This document shows, in pieces, positions 9,484 to 18,039 of a DNA stretch of 64,000 bases (position 1 is the stretch's first letter; each line of letters starts with the position of its first letter). The DNA is from Candidatus Omnitrophota bacterium (GTDB lineage: Bacteria; Omnitrophota; Gorgyraeia; Zapsychrales; Zapsychraceae). Location: positions 35,263 to 99,262 of the forward strand of contig JADFZM010000001.1 of assembly GCA_015232535.1 (NCBI GenBank), written 5' to 3'. Position numbers and translations under genes: made by a program. The notes beneath the pieces are model-generated. The model was not told the DNA's origin, made no database searches, and was given only the letters and a program-made list of their open reading frames with translations.

Positions 9484-10970
9484 GATTTGATCAATCCGGC
9501 AACCGTATGTTCTTTTGCCGAATGTATCTGCCTTATCCCGATTTTCTTGAGCATCCCGGTTGTGACAGGGCCGATAGAATAAAACGGGGTCTCTTCGGTT
9601 AAGGAGCCGTTTATATTGCTTGGAATATTGGCAAAGAATGTTTTAACTGATTTAGGGCTTAAAAAGAATATTCCGTCGGACTTCTTGGCGAGGGCCTTGG
9701 CTATCCTTGTTTTATCGGGCTGCCCTTCAATGTTATACACTGTGCAATCGGTTAGCTTAGCCCCGGCTCTAATTAAAATTCCTTTTAGATAATCGCGGTC
9801 AAGGCTTGTGCGTAAAAGAGCGATATTTTTATCATTAATACCTTTATTTCTCAGAGCTATGGCTAAATTCCTGGTGGTGAACTTATCCGGCATAAGCGCC
9901 GGGTTTATACCGAATTTTATGAATTCTCCCGCTGTTCCTGACCCGACGCAAGCAATCCTTCCTTTTAGCAGGGTTTTATTTCTGTTTAATGCAAAAAATC
10001 TCTTCAGAAAATAATATACGCCGTGTCGGGAGGTAAAAACAAGCCAGTCAAAGGCCTTAATATCGGCGATTATGTTATCAAGGTATGATGTGTCCTTATT
10101 TGGAACGACTTTTATCATCGGTAGTCGTTCAACCTTAGCGCCTAATGATTCTAACCCGAGGGAAATATCATTGTTTAATGTTTCGCTGGCTGTTGAGATA
10201 AAACTTTTGTTTGAAAGAGGTTTTAAGTTAGGATTCAGGCGGTAAGCAAGCTTAACCGTATCGCCTATAACACAGATAGCCGGAGCTTTTAAATCAGCGG
10301 ATTTATTGGCGATCCGAGCTAAATTAGACATAACAACTTTTTCTTTATCCGTCGTGCCACTTTGAATGACAGCGGACGGAGTTTTAGGGTCTTTACCGAA
10401 GGCGATGAGTTTATCGGTTATTGATTTAAGGTTAGATAATCCCATCATGATTACTAGAGTTCCCGAGAAATTGGCGGCGTGTTTCCAGTTTATGCTTTCT
10501 TTTTCTTTAGACGGGTCTTCGTGGCCGGTTAAAACCATAAAACCGCTTGAAACGCCACGGAAAGTGAGAGGTATCCCGCACACTTCGGGAACAGAATAAA
10601 AAGAGCTTACTCCCGGAATAACTTCGCAATCAATATTGTTTTCTCTTAAAAACAGCATTTCTTCCTGGCCGCGGCCGAAAATAAAAGGATCGCCGCCTTT
10701 AACTCTGGCGACTGTCTTGCCTTTTGAGGCAAAAGATAGGATGGTTTGGTTTATCTTTTCTTGATCTATCGATCGTCCCTTTTCTTTTCCTACAAATTTT
10801 AAGATTGCGGATGGCTTGGCATATTTTAATATGTCTTTGGAAATAAGCCGGTCGAAAAGGATAACGTCTGATTTCTTCAGGCATTCAACGGCTTTGAGGG
10901 TTAAAAGCTTAGGGTCCCCCGGTCCTGAGCCGATCAAATAAACTTTTCCATTTTTTATTTTATTATTCAT
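9462..10970 (-). CDS. cobA: Uroporphyrinogen-III C-methyltransferase fused to uroporphyrinogen-III synthase
   Basis: N-terminal half has the SUMT signature (VYLIGSGPGDPKLLTLKA ... VARVKGGDPFIFGRGQEE); C-terminal half is HemD-like (AFDWLVFTSRHGV). Confidence 0.88.
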   Translation of the reverse strand: MNNKIKNGKVYLIGSGPGDPKLLTLKAVECLKKSDVILFDRLISKDILKYAKPSAILKFVGKEKGRSIDQEKINQTILSFASKGKTVARVKGGDPFIFGRGQEEMLFLRENNIDCEVIPGVSSFYSVPEVCGIPLTFRGVSSGFMVLTGHEDPSKEKESINWKHAANFSGTLVIMMGLSNLKSITDKLIAFGKDPKTPSAVIQSGTTDKEKVVMSNLARIANKSADLKAPAICVIGDTVKLAYRLNPNLKPLSNKSFISTASETLNNDISLGLESLGAKVERLPMIKVVPNKDTSYLDNIIADIKAFDWLVFTSRHGVYYFLKRFFALNRNKTLLKGRIACVGSGTAGEFIKFGINPALMPDKFTTRNLAIALRNKGINDKNIALLRTSLDRDYLKGILIRAGAKLTDCTVYNIEGQPDKTRIAKALAKKSDGIFFLSPKSVKTFFANIPSNINGSLTEETPFYSIGPVTTGMLKKIGIRQIHSAKEHTVAGLIKSCLENSL

Positions 10971-11862
10971 TAATCTTTTTCAACTGTATCTTTAAACTGG
11001 CGATTAAATTGTCTGTAATTCCTGAGGCATTGTCTTTCGCCCCTTTTTCACTTTCCTTTATGAAACATTTTGCTTTTTCGCTGTAATATTTCGCGTTTAT
11101 TGAAAAGTTGCCTTTAATAAATTTGGCATAAACACCGAACGGTGTCCGGCAACCTATTCCTAAAGCTTTCAATACATTTCTCTCTAAAAGAGCGGATTTC
11201 TCCGTTTCAATACAAGAGCTTTTTCTAAGAATACTGTTTAAATCCTTATCGTTATCCCTTGTTTGAGCGCAAATTATGCCTTGCCCGGCCGCAGGGACAA
11301 AGCTTTCGCTGTCGAAATACCGGACGATCAAGTTTTCATATCCTAATCGTTTCAAACCGCAAGCAGCCAATATAAGCCCGTCGTATTTGCCCCCGTTCAT
11401 CTTTCTGATGCGGGTATCGATATTCCCTCTTATGGGCAATACAATCGCTTTGGGCTCGATTTCTTGTATAAAGTACATCCGACGCGGGCTGTCTGTGCCG
11501 AGCTTCAAACCCGCGAGTTGGCCCGATTTTAAACCATCGCGCAGTACCAGGCAATCTCTTCGGTCTTCTCTTTTGGCGAAACAGGACAACTTAGTGCCTT
11601 TTTGAAGTTTCACCGGGACATCTTTTAAACTATGCACGGCGCAATCAATTTCTTTATTTATAAGTGCTCGCTCGATTTCTTTTGTGAAAATGCCTGTTCC
11701 GATAGCCGTAATCTTATTTTTGCGGTCCCGGTCGCCTTGGGTCAGGATAGTTTTTATCCGGTAATCAAGGTTTACATTCTTTCTTTTTAAAAAGGCTATG
11801 AATTCAAAGAGCTGTTTATTCGCTAAAGCGCTTTTCCTTATACCAAAGATTATTCTGCGCAT
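10963..11862 (-). CDS. hemC: Hydroxymethylbilane synthase (porphobilinogen deaminase)
   Basis: KTILTQGDRDRKNKITAIGTGIFTKEIERALINKEIDCAVHSLKDVP motif block. Confidence 0.9.
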   Translation of the reverse strand: MRRIIFGIRKSALANKQLFEFIAFLKRKNVNLDYRIKTILTQGDRDRKNKITAIGTGIFTKEIERALINKEIDCAVHSLKDVPVKLQKGTKLSCFAKREDRRDCLVLRDGLKSGQLAGLKLGTDSPRRMYFIQEIEPKAIVLPIRGNIDTRIRKMNGGKYDGLILAACGLKRLGYENLIVRYFDSESFVPAAGQGIICAQTRDNDKDLNSILRKSSCIETEKSALLERNVLKALGIGCRTPFGVYAKFIKGNFSINAKYYSEKAKCFIKESEKGAKDNASGITDNLIASLKIQLKKINE

Positions 11863-12905
11863 AAAAGTAACGAAGGAAGTACGCCTGTGTTCTTTTTCTG
11901 ATCGAGGTACATTTCCCTTCGGATTATCTCCTCCGCTTTGTTCGCTTCGATCGAGCGGCTATAGAGTGTTCTATCAATTACCGGCGATAAGTCATCGATA
12001 TTGTATAGCTTTACACCGGCAATATTCCTAACCGCTTCCTCAACATTTCGAGGCACGCCAAGATCGACGAAAATAATTCTTTTATGACGGCCGTGCAATA
12101 TCGCGCTCACCATATCTTTGCTGATAATATGAGGAGCGGCAGTGGCGGCGACAACTATATCTGAAAGCGCGATTTCTTTTGCTATCTTTGAGAAATCGGT
12201 AACGCGCACGTTAAGCTTAACTGCGGCGTTTTTGGCTTTTGCTATATCGCGGTTTGTAACAACGATTTCCTTAAGGGGAAGCTCGGATAGTTTCTTTGTT
12301 GTCATAACGCCTATTTTCCCGGCGCCGATTACAAGAATTCTTTTATTCGATAAATCCTGTTCCTTTTTAATAAGGTCGACAACAACTCCGGATATCGAGG
12401 TAACTCCGCGGGATATGCCGGTCAAGCTGCGAACTTTCTTCCCTATGCGCAGGGAATCCTGAATAGTTTTATGCAGTATAGAGCCTATTGCCTTTGATGA
12501 ATCGGCTTTTTCATAGGCCTTTTTGATCTGGCCGAGGATCTGGTTTTCTCCTAAAACCATTGAGTCCAGGCCGCTCGCCACCCGGTTAAGGTGTATGACC
12601 GCCTCTTCGTTGGTTTTATTGTAGAAGTAATGCTCAATATAACTTTGCGGTAATTTATGCGTGCGGCAGATAAAATTTGTCAGCTTAGCGGTAATTTTAG
12701 AAATGCTTTCTCCTACGGCATATATCTCGACCCGGTTACATGTTGAGAGCATCAAAGCCTCTTCTATATCCAAATTGGATGATAGTTCGCGGTAATATTT
12801 ACTCAGCGATTTATCCTCAAAGCTGAATTTTTCGCGTATTTCTAGCGGGGCCTTTTTGTGGTTTGTCCCGATAAGAACAATATTTAAGTTATTGCTGATA
12901 GGCAT
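11850..12905 (-). CDS. hemA: Glutamyl-tRNA reductase
   Basis: LSTCNRVEIY catalytic Cys motif; NADP-binding LVIGAGKIG. Confidence 0.9.
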   Translation of the reverse strand: MPISNNLNIVLIGTNHKKAPLEIREKFSFEDKSLSKYYRELSSNLDIEEALMLSTCNRVEIYAVGESISKITAKLTNFICRTHKLPQSYIEHYFYNKTNEEAVIHLNRVASGLDSMVLGENQILGQIKKAYEKADSSKAIGSILHKTIQDSLRIGKKVRSLTGISRGVTSISGVVVDLIKKEQDLSNKRILVIGAGKIGVMTTKKLSELPLKEIVVTNRDIAKAKNAAVKLNVRVTDFSKIAKEIALSDIVVAATAAPHIISKDMVSAILHGRHKRIIFVDLGVPRNVEEAVRNIAGVKLYNIDDLSPVIDRTLYSRSIEANKAEEIIRREMYLDQKKNTGVLPSLLLCAE

Positions 12906-13677
12906 GATGGCTTACCATAAACAGGCTTACGCCGAAGAAAGTTGTTAACATGGCTAAAAATCCCACAACCGAGATGACCGATAGCCAAAAGTGTTTAAGT
13001 TTAAATGCTTTTTCCAGGATCACAGCCAAAGCGTAAATTATAAGGGTGATTAGCGCCCAGGTCTCTTTTGGGTCCCAGTTCCAATAAGTTCCCCAGGCTG
13101 TATGCGCCCAAATCGAGCCGGTCGCTATGCCGAAGAATAAAAGTATTACTCCGAAAATAATAAGGCCGCTATTCAAAGGCTGAAGGCCTTTTGTGTCTTT
13201 GCCCCTTTTCTCGGCGATTATCGAATAAACGCTTATAGCAAAAGAAATCCCAAAGGCGCTGTAACTTAAAATAATTGCCGGAACGTGTATTCCCAGCCAA
13301 AAACTTTTTAAGAGCGGGTTAAGCGGTTGGATTGTTTTATCCAGCGTTAGGTCGTATATTAAGATAATATCAAACAATAAAAACGCCAATCCCTGTATGA
13401 TCTTCCCGGTATTTTCTTTGATAAAAATGATATAGACAGCGCTTAAAAGCCAGGCGTAAAAATAAGTGATCTCAAAAAGCGAGACCATTGGCAGATGCCC
13501 CTGTTCGCGGTACCTTATAATAAGGTAAAAGAAACCGGCGGTTAAAGCGACTATCAGCCATTGCTTTGAGTAAGTGAAAAAAACGGGCTGCTTTTTGGAA
13601 ACGAAAAGAAGATACAAAACAGTCCCGATCAGATAAAAGAATGCGGATGTATAGAAAAATAATATGTTATATTGCAT
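12889..13677 (-). CDS. CcsA/HemX-family cytochrome c assembly membrane protein
   Basis: Polytopic membrane protein with Trp-rich WWD motif (WAHTAWGTYWNWDPKETWALI) and conserved His residues; it occupies the hemX position of the hem operon. Confidence 0.78.
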   Translation of the reverse strand: MQYNILFFYTSAFFYLIGTVLYLLFVSKKQPVFFTYSKQWLIVALTAGFFYLIIRYREQGHLPMVSLFEITYFYAWLLSAVYIIFIKENTGKIIQGLAFLLFDIILIYDLTLDKTIQPLNPLLKSFWLGIHVPAIILSYSAFGISFAISVYSIIAEKRGKDTKGLQPLNSGLIIFGVILLFFGIATGSIWAHTAWGTYWNWDPKETWALITLIIYALAVILEKAFKLKHFWLSVISVVGFLAMLTTFFGVSLFMVSHHAYQQ

Positions 13678-14122
13678 TAGCTAGTTTATCCCTAATTGCT
13701 TTTGCTTTTGCCGGGCTTTGGCCGTTTGTAGAAATACCTATGGTCAGCCCTTTTCTTTTTAATATTGCCGGCATTATTATTGAGCCCGGCCCGCTTTTAT
13801 CTACTACATTGACTAAGGTATTCGCTTTATTAGCGTCGGATAATACTTTCTTATTGACTTTAGCGTTATCTGTTGCCGCTACTATCAATTTATATTTCTT
13901 TAATGAAATATTCTTAGGATAAAGGGATTTTATGCATTTTATCTTCCCTTTTGACCTTAAACGTTCAATCGGCGCGATTATTTCCGGGCTGATACAGGTA
14001 ATTTTTGCCCCGAAATTTCTGAAGACCGATATTTTCCTATAAGCTACTTTTCCTCCGCCGACGACCAAACAATTTTCGCCTTTTACCTTGAGGCATACCG
14101 GCATATAGCTGCATAATTTCAT
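13667..14122 (-). CDS. Precorrin-2 dehydrogenase / sirohydrochlorin ferrochelatase (SirC/CysG N-domain type)
   Basis: Rossmann GGGKVA motif (CLVVGGGKVAYRKI); about 150 aa; first gene of the heme operon. Confidence 0.78.
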   Translation of the reverse strand: MKLCSYMPVCLKVKGENCLVVGGGKVAYRKISVFRNFGAKITCISPEIIAPIERLRSKGKIKCIKSLYPKNISLKKYKLIVAATDNAKVNKKVLSDANKANTLVNVVDKSGPGSIIMPAILKRKGLTIGISTNGQSPAKAKAIRDKLANAI

Positions 14123-14132
14123 GTCAGTTAAT

Positions 14133-15323
14133 TTACCTCTTTTTTAAAATAATATGACAAACATTACATTTCCCGCGGTATTCATGCGGGGAAACAGCTC
14201 CTTTTAATATAGGAGGAGGATTAGGCAAAATATCTCCCGCATCAGTCGGCAGCTGTCCTCCTGTTTTCATAATAATATGACAGGCGGTACAAGGCTTATT
14301 ACGGCTTCTGTGCGGGCTAAGAGCTCCGGGTGTTATCGGTTGAGCGGCCTCGTTTTGTGAAAACCCTAAACTTCTTTTTGATGAAATAGTATATTCGATG
14401 ATTTGCCCTCTGCGGGAAACTATAACCTTAGCCTTAAACCTGTTTTTTACCATTCTGGTTGCTTCAGTAAAAGCAACTAAATCCGGGGTGGCTATCTTTT
14501 CAATTCCAACAACCATATCTCCGGCCAAAACTCCCGATTCAGCCGCCTCGAGAGATATCTCATCGATCAACAACCCCTTTGTATTCGGCGGGATATTGAA
14601 TTCCGTGGCTAACTCAGGCGTAAGGGGAATAAGCTCCATACCGAGCCAATGCCCTTCGATAAGTTCTTTCGATGCCGCCCCTTGCTCTTTAGGAGTAGGC
14701 AGCTGCAAATTAGGGTCAACCGGAGCCGCATTCATTGTGCCGGCTTCGGCTGTTTCTGCCGGAGAATTATTGGCAAAAGCGATTTGATGAGCCGCAGGAT
14801 CGGCATTGTTTTGCTGTTGGGGTTTAGCTTCTAAGGGTACAGAGTTAGAATCCCCGGGAGCGTTTTTACCCGTAACGCCCATATCAAGGTTAAAAACGCG
14901 CTTGATATTGTCATGAATGCCTAATTTGTTTTCCAGGGTTATATAAAGCGGCTGGCCGTTTCTTAATATATCTAAAAGAGCGCCTTGGTCCAAGCTTGTA
15001 TCTTTCGTAACCTTTAGAAAGTCGGATATTTTCTTTGTTTTCTTATTATTGATCGATTTTATAAGGTCTCCGCTGCGTACACCCGAACTGTAAGCCGGAT
15101 CCTCACACCAATTTACAACAACCCCAGCTTCATCTTTCGGTATATAAAATTCCATGGCATTAGCCGGTGTGATATCGCTTACCGACATTCCGGCCCACTC
15201 TGCCTCACCTGCCCCGATGTGCATCAGCGCCGCGAGAAAAATAAGGCCTATCAAGCAAACGGATAATATAAGGAAGAACCTTTGCTTGTTTTTATGTTTA
15301 TATTCGGCTAAGATGTTAGGCAT
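14133..15323 (-). CDS. Membrane-anchored PDZ-PDZ protein with two C-terminal CxxCH heme motifs of magnetochrome type (MamP / MamE-Cter-like)
   Basis: N-terminal TM, two PDZ-like segments (GVRSGDLIKSI; GVLAGDMVVGIEKI), then SPHRSRNKPCTACHIIM and SPHEYRGKCNVCHIIL. Confidence 0.6.
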   Translation of the reverse strand: MPNILAEYKHKNKQRFFLILSVCLIGLIFLAALMHIGAGEAEWAGMSVSDITPANAMEFYIPKDEAGVVVNWCEDPAYSSGVRSGDLIKSINNKKTKKISDFLKVTKDTSLDQGALLDILRNGQPLYITLENKLGIHDNIKRVFNLDMGVTGKNAPGDSNSVPLEAKPQQQNNADPAAHQIAFANNSPAETAEAGTMNAAPVDPNLQLPTPKEQGAASKELIEGHWLGMELIPLTPELATEFNIPPNTKGLLIDEISLEAAESGVLAGDMVVGIEKIATPDLVAFTEATRMVKNRFKAKVIVSRRGQIIEYTISSKRSLGFSQNEAAQPITPGALSPHRSRNKPCTACHIIMKTGGQLPTDAGDILPNPPPILKGAVSPHEYRGKCNVCHIILKKR

Positions 15324-15335
15324 AATTAATTATTT

Positions 15336-15611
15336 TTAGTCTTTTTTGATGGAGGCTTTTTCTTCTGGTTTTAACTCGATCCGCTCAATTGCCGTATTAC
15401 AATCTTTACAGACCCAAAGTTGTCTTTTAGACCCGGTCATGTATAAGCCCATAATGAGTAAGGGTATCCCCAGAACCGGACCGATGAAAAAAAGCGATGA
15501 AAATACACCGCCAACTATTAATACTCCTCCGAATTTACGGCTGTGGCGCGGCCCGGAATAAGGCTGCATTTCTCCGTTACACAAATTACAAATAAGCGAT
15601 TTATCAGACAT
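15336..15611 (-). CDS. Small membrane protein with split zinc-ribbon (CxxC ... CxxC) flanking a TM hairpin
   Basis: CNLCNGEM at N-terminus, hydrophobic core, CKDCNTAI at C-terminus; 91 aa. Confidence 0.45.
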   Translation of the reverse strand: MSDKSLICNLCNGEMQPYSGPRHSRKFGGVLIVGGVFSSLFFIGPVLGIPLLIMGLYMTGSKRQLWVCKDCNTAIERIELKPEEKASIKKD

Positions 15612-15630
15612 TGATTCCCTTTCTAAGTGG

Positions 15631-15816
15631 CTACTTAATAAGATCGTTAATGGCTTTTTCCTTGCTTTCGTCTATTTCCGTGTCATTTGCGGTATCGCAG
15701 GTGTCTTTTTTATCTTTGGAGCAACAAGATGAATTTGATTTTTTGCATACGCTTGAGGTGATTGCTCCGGCGACTAAACCTAATAAAATAAGGGCTGCGA
15801 ATGATAATGGTTCCAT
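15631..15816 (-). CDS. Small Leu/Gly-rich TM peptide with acidic Cys-rich C-terminal tail (Mms6-like architecture)
   Basis: FAALILLGLVAGAI helix followed by CKKSNSSCCSKDKKDTCDTANDTEIDESKE. Confidence 0.4.
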   Translation of the reverse strand: MEPLSFAALILLGLVAGAITSSVCKKSNSSCCSKDKKDTCDTANDTEIDESKEKAINDLIK

Positions 15817-15878
15817 TTTTCCTCCGTTATTAGTTTGTTTTAAACAATATCAACAATTTTTCAAGAACAAAAAAATTA

Positions 15879-17411
15879 TTATCTGGGTTTCTTACCGATT
15901 CCGACTTTAACCGAGCTTGGTGCTTGCTGTTGCGTTGTATTCCCCATTATCTGATGACAATTTGAGCAGACTCCCCTATATTCGTGCGTCATTGCAGCAT
16001 TAGGCGAAATAGGCGGCGCTGTTACTTGCACTTGTTGAGCTGCCTGAGCTACCGGAGCAAAGCCCTGATTATTGAAGTTTTGCTGGGCATTATATTGATT
16101 CGGGTAATAAGCACCTCCACGGGCCATGATCTGTTTGCAGTTAGGGCAACGGGGAAATTCATTGGCGCCGTTTTGTGAATACATCCTCCAATTGCAATTT
16201 GGACAAAGGAAATAACCGAGCGATTCCTGTCCTTGCCAGAAGTTTGGCTGGTTAACAGTCGGATTCGCTTGCATTTGGTTTTGCATTTGATTCGGCATTT
16301 GATTTGCCGCTAATTCCGGCAATTGCGGCCAACCGTTATTTGCCATATCTTTTGCCATCTGTGATCCGCAATTCGGGCAATTAGGATAACCATTGCCTGT
16401 GTTGGCAGCTTTTAATCTCCAGTTGCAAGAGGGACAAACAAATGGCTGTTCTCCCCACCCAAATGCAACTTGTGTCCCCGGGTTGAGTTTATTCATTGTA
16501 TCAGGATCGGGTAAATTCATCCCTTGTACCATTGCCCCTTGCATCCATCCCTGGCGCGGAAGCGGACAGACCGGACGCATTACATTCATATTCTGCATCC
16601 CCCATCCTGCATTCATCGCATCCGGCATCAATTGTCCGGCGGTAGGATATACTTGCCCGATAGGATTCATATCCTGAATTCCGAACGCTACACCCTGCCC
16701 GGGAATTTGCTGTTGCATTCTCAAGCGGCAATTGGGGCAAATCGGGCATATGTTAGAGTTGTTATTTCCGGCTTGCTGAAACTTACAATTGGGGCAGTAA
16801 AACATACAGCCCCCTCCCTGTCCTTGGCCGGCAAAACCGGCTTGGGCTACGGGCATACTATTCGCTTGCATTTGGCCTGGATTAATGGGTAATGAAGCTT
16901 GGCCGATCCTTGCCTGACGGTAAAGGTTAATTACTTTCTTGGTCGAGCCCGTATACCCGCCGAAAACTCGAATTCCGAATTGCATCAGAATATTATAACT
17001 TTGCGGGTCGATATTTCCGACAATAACCGCTTCCTCTCCTTTTCCCGCCACCAGATAAGCGATTTGCGGGTTAGGAACAGTGCCGTAATAAAGGTTCGGG
17101 ATCGCCTCCTCGAGTTTCTTTGTAAGAGGGTTTATTACTAAGAAGAATTTGGCTTGCTGCAATGAAGGCGCGACATTCGAATTAAAAGTGGAATTATCAG
17201 CGGCAACAACGATTTTTCCGCAAGCCGGATTACCTTGATTTTTAGACTTAATGTCAGGTGAGAATATGGCGTATACGCCAATAAGTAAAACAAGGATAAT
17301 AGAGGCAAAGATAAAATATGTGTTCATATCCATATCCTTTACCCTGGCTTTAAAATCCTCAACGGTTATCGTAGGGATTTTGCTTGTTTTGGCTTTCATA
17401 TTCTTTATCAT
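15879..17411 (-). CDS. Chimeric membrane protein: TM anchor, NifX/NifB-C-like (Nitro_FeMo-Co-type) domain, Gln/Asn/Met-rich region with three CPxC...CPNC knuckle pairs, and a C-terminal magnetochrome-type CxxCH
   Basis: FFLVINPLTKKLEEAIPNLYYG ... AYLVAGKGEEAVIVGNIDPQSYNILMQFGIRVFGG; CPNC/CPSC pairs spaced 11-13 aa; THEYRGVCSNCHQIM near the C-terminus. Confidence 0.6.
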   Translation of the reverse strand: MIKNMKAKTSKIPTITVEDFKARVKDMDMNTYFIFASIILVLLIGVYAIFSPDIKSKNQGNPACGKIVVAADNSTFNSNVAPSLQQAKFFLVINPLTKKLEEAIPNLYYGTVPNPQIAYLVAGKGEEAVIVGNIDPQSYNILMQFGIRVFGGYTGSTKKVINLYRQARIGQASLPINPGQMQANSMPVAQAGFAGQGQGGGCMFYCPNCKFQQAGNNNSNICPICPNCRLRMQQQIPGQGVAFGIQDMNPIGQVYPTAGQLMPDAMNAGWGMQNMNVMRPVCPLPRQGWMQGAMVQGMNLPDPDTMNKLNPGTQVAFGWGEQPFVCPSCNWRLKAANTGNGYPNCPNCGSQMAKDMANNGWPQLPELAANQMPNQMQNQMQANPTVNQPNFWQGQESLGYFLCPNCNWRMYSQNGANEFPRCPNCKQIMARGGAYYPNQYNAQQNFNNQGFAPVAQAAQQVQVTAPPISPNAAMTHEYRGVCSNCHQIMGNTTQQQAPSSVKVGIGKKPR

Positions 17412-17448
17412 GTCCTATCCTTCAGTTAATATTGTTGAATTTGTTTAA

Positions 17449-18036
17449 TCATTTTAACATCGGCGAATAAGGTATAGCCGGACCGAAGACCGGAGAACCG
17501 AGCTGCCAGCTACCTTTATTTGTGCCCATTAAAGGCCCGTATTGATAATCGAAGGGAATTGTTATGAATATCTTCTTCCCATCGCGATATACATCCAGGA
17601 AAATACCTCCGGAGTATTTCACATTATTAGCCAGGTCGGCAAAATCCTGGGCGGATTTTATAGGTTTTTGTCCGATGGAAACTATCACATCCCCTGATTT
17701 AATCCCGTACTTTTGAGCAGGGCCAAGGCCTTCGTCCAGTACAAGCACCCCTTTTATCTTTTTTGGAATTTTGAATTCTTTCCTTAAACTGCGGGAAAGA
17801 TATATCACATTCATACCGATCCAGTTCATACTATCGCCTGGTTCGATCAGAGTATTTTTAACGGCAGTTGTCGGTTCGGTTCGTTCAGGCGCTTCGGGAA
17901 TAATTTCTAAAGATGATAATATCCAGCAGAAGGCTATAATAGAGAAGATAACAATACCGACAAACATTACCGGTTCCTTTTTCGCGAATTCCTTAACCTT
18001 GATTTTAAAATTATTGAATTCTTTATTTTTTTTCAT
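17449..18036 (-). CDS. Membrane-anchored PDZ domain protein
   Basis: N-terminal TM, PDZ core (KGVLVLDEGLGPAQKYGIKSGDVIVSIGQKPIKSAQDFADL). Confidence 0.7.
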   Translation of the reverse strand: MKKNKEFNNFKIKVKEFAKKEPVMFVGIVIFSIIAFCWILSSLEIIPEAPERTEPTTAVKNTLIEPGDSMNWIGMNVIYLSRSLRKEFKIPKKIKGVLVLDEGLGPAQKYGIKSGDVIVSIGQKPIKSAQDFADLANNVKYSGGIFLDVYRDGKKIFITIPFDYQYGPLMGTNKGSWQLGSPVFGPAIPYSPMLK

Positions 18037-18039
18037 AGT

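Noticed and set aside
15879-17411. Interpreting the NifX/NifB-like domain together with fixCX as nitrogen-fixation genes
   Set aside because: There are no nifHDK, nifEN or nifB radical SAM genes, nor fixAB. The NifX-like region is fused to CxxCH and zinc-ribbon modules in a membrane-anchored protein, so a nitrogenase role is unsupported.
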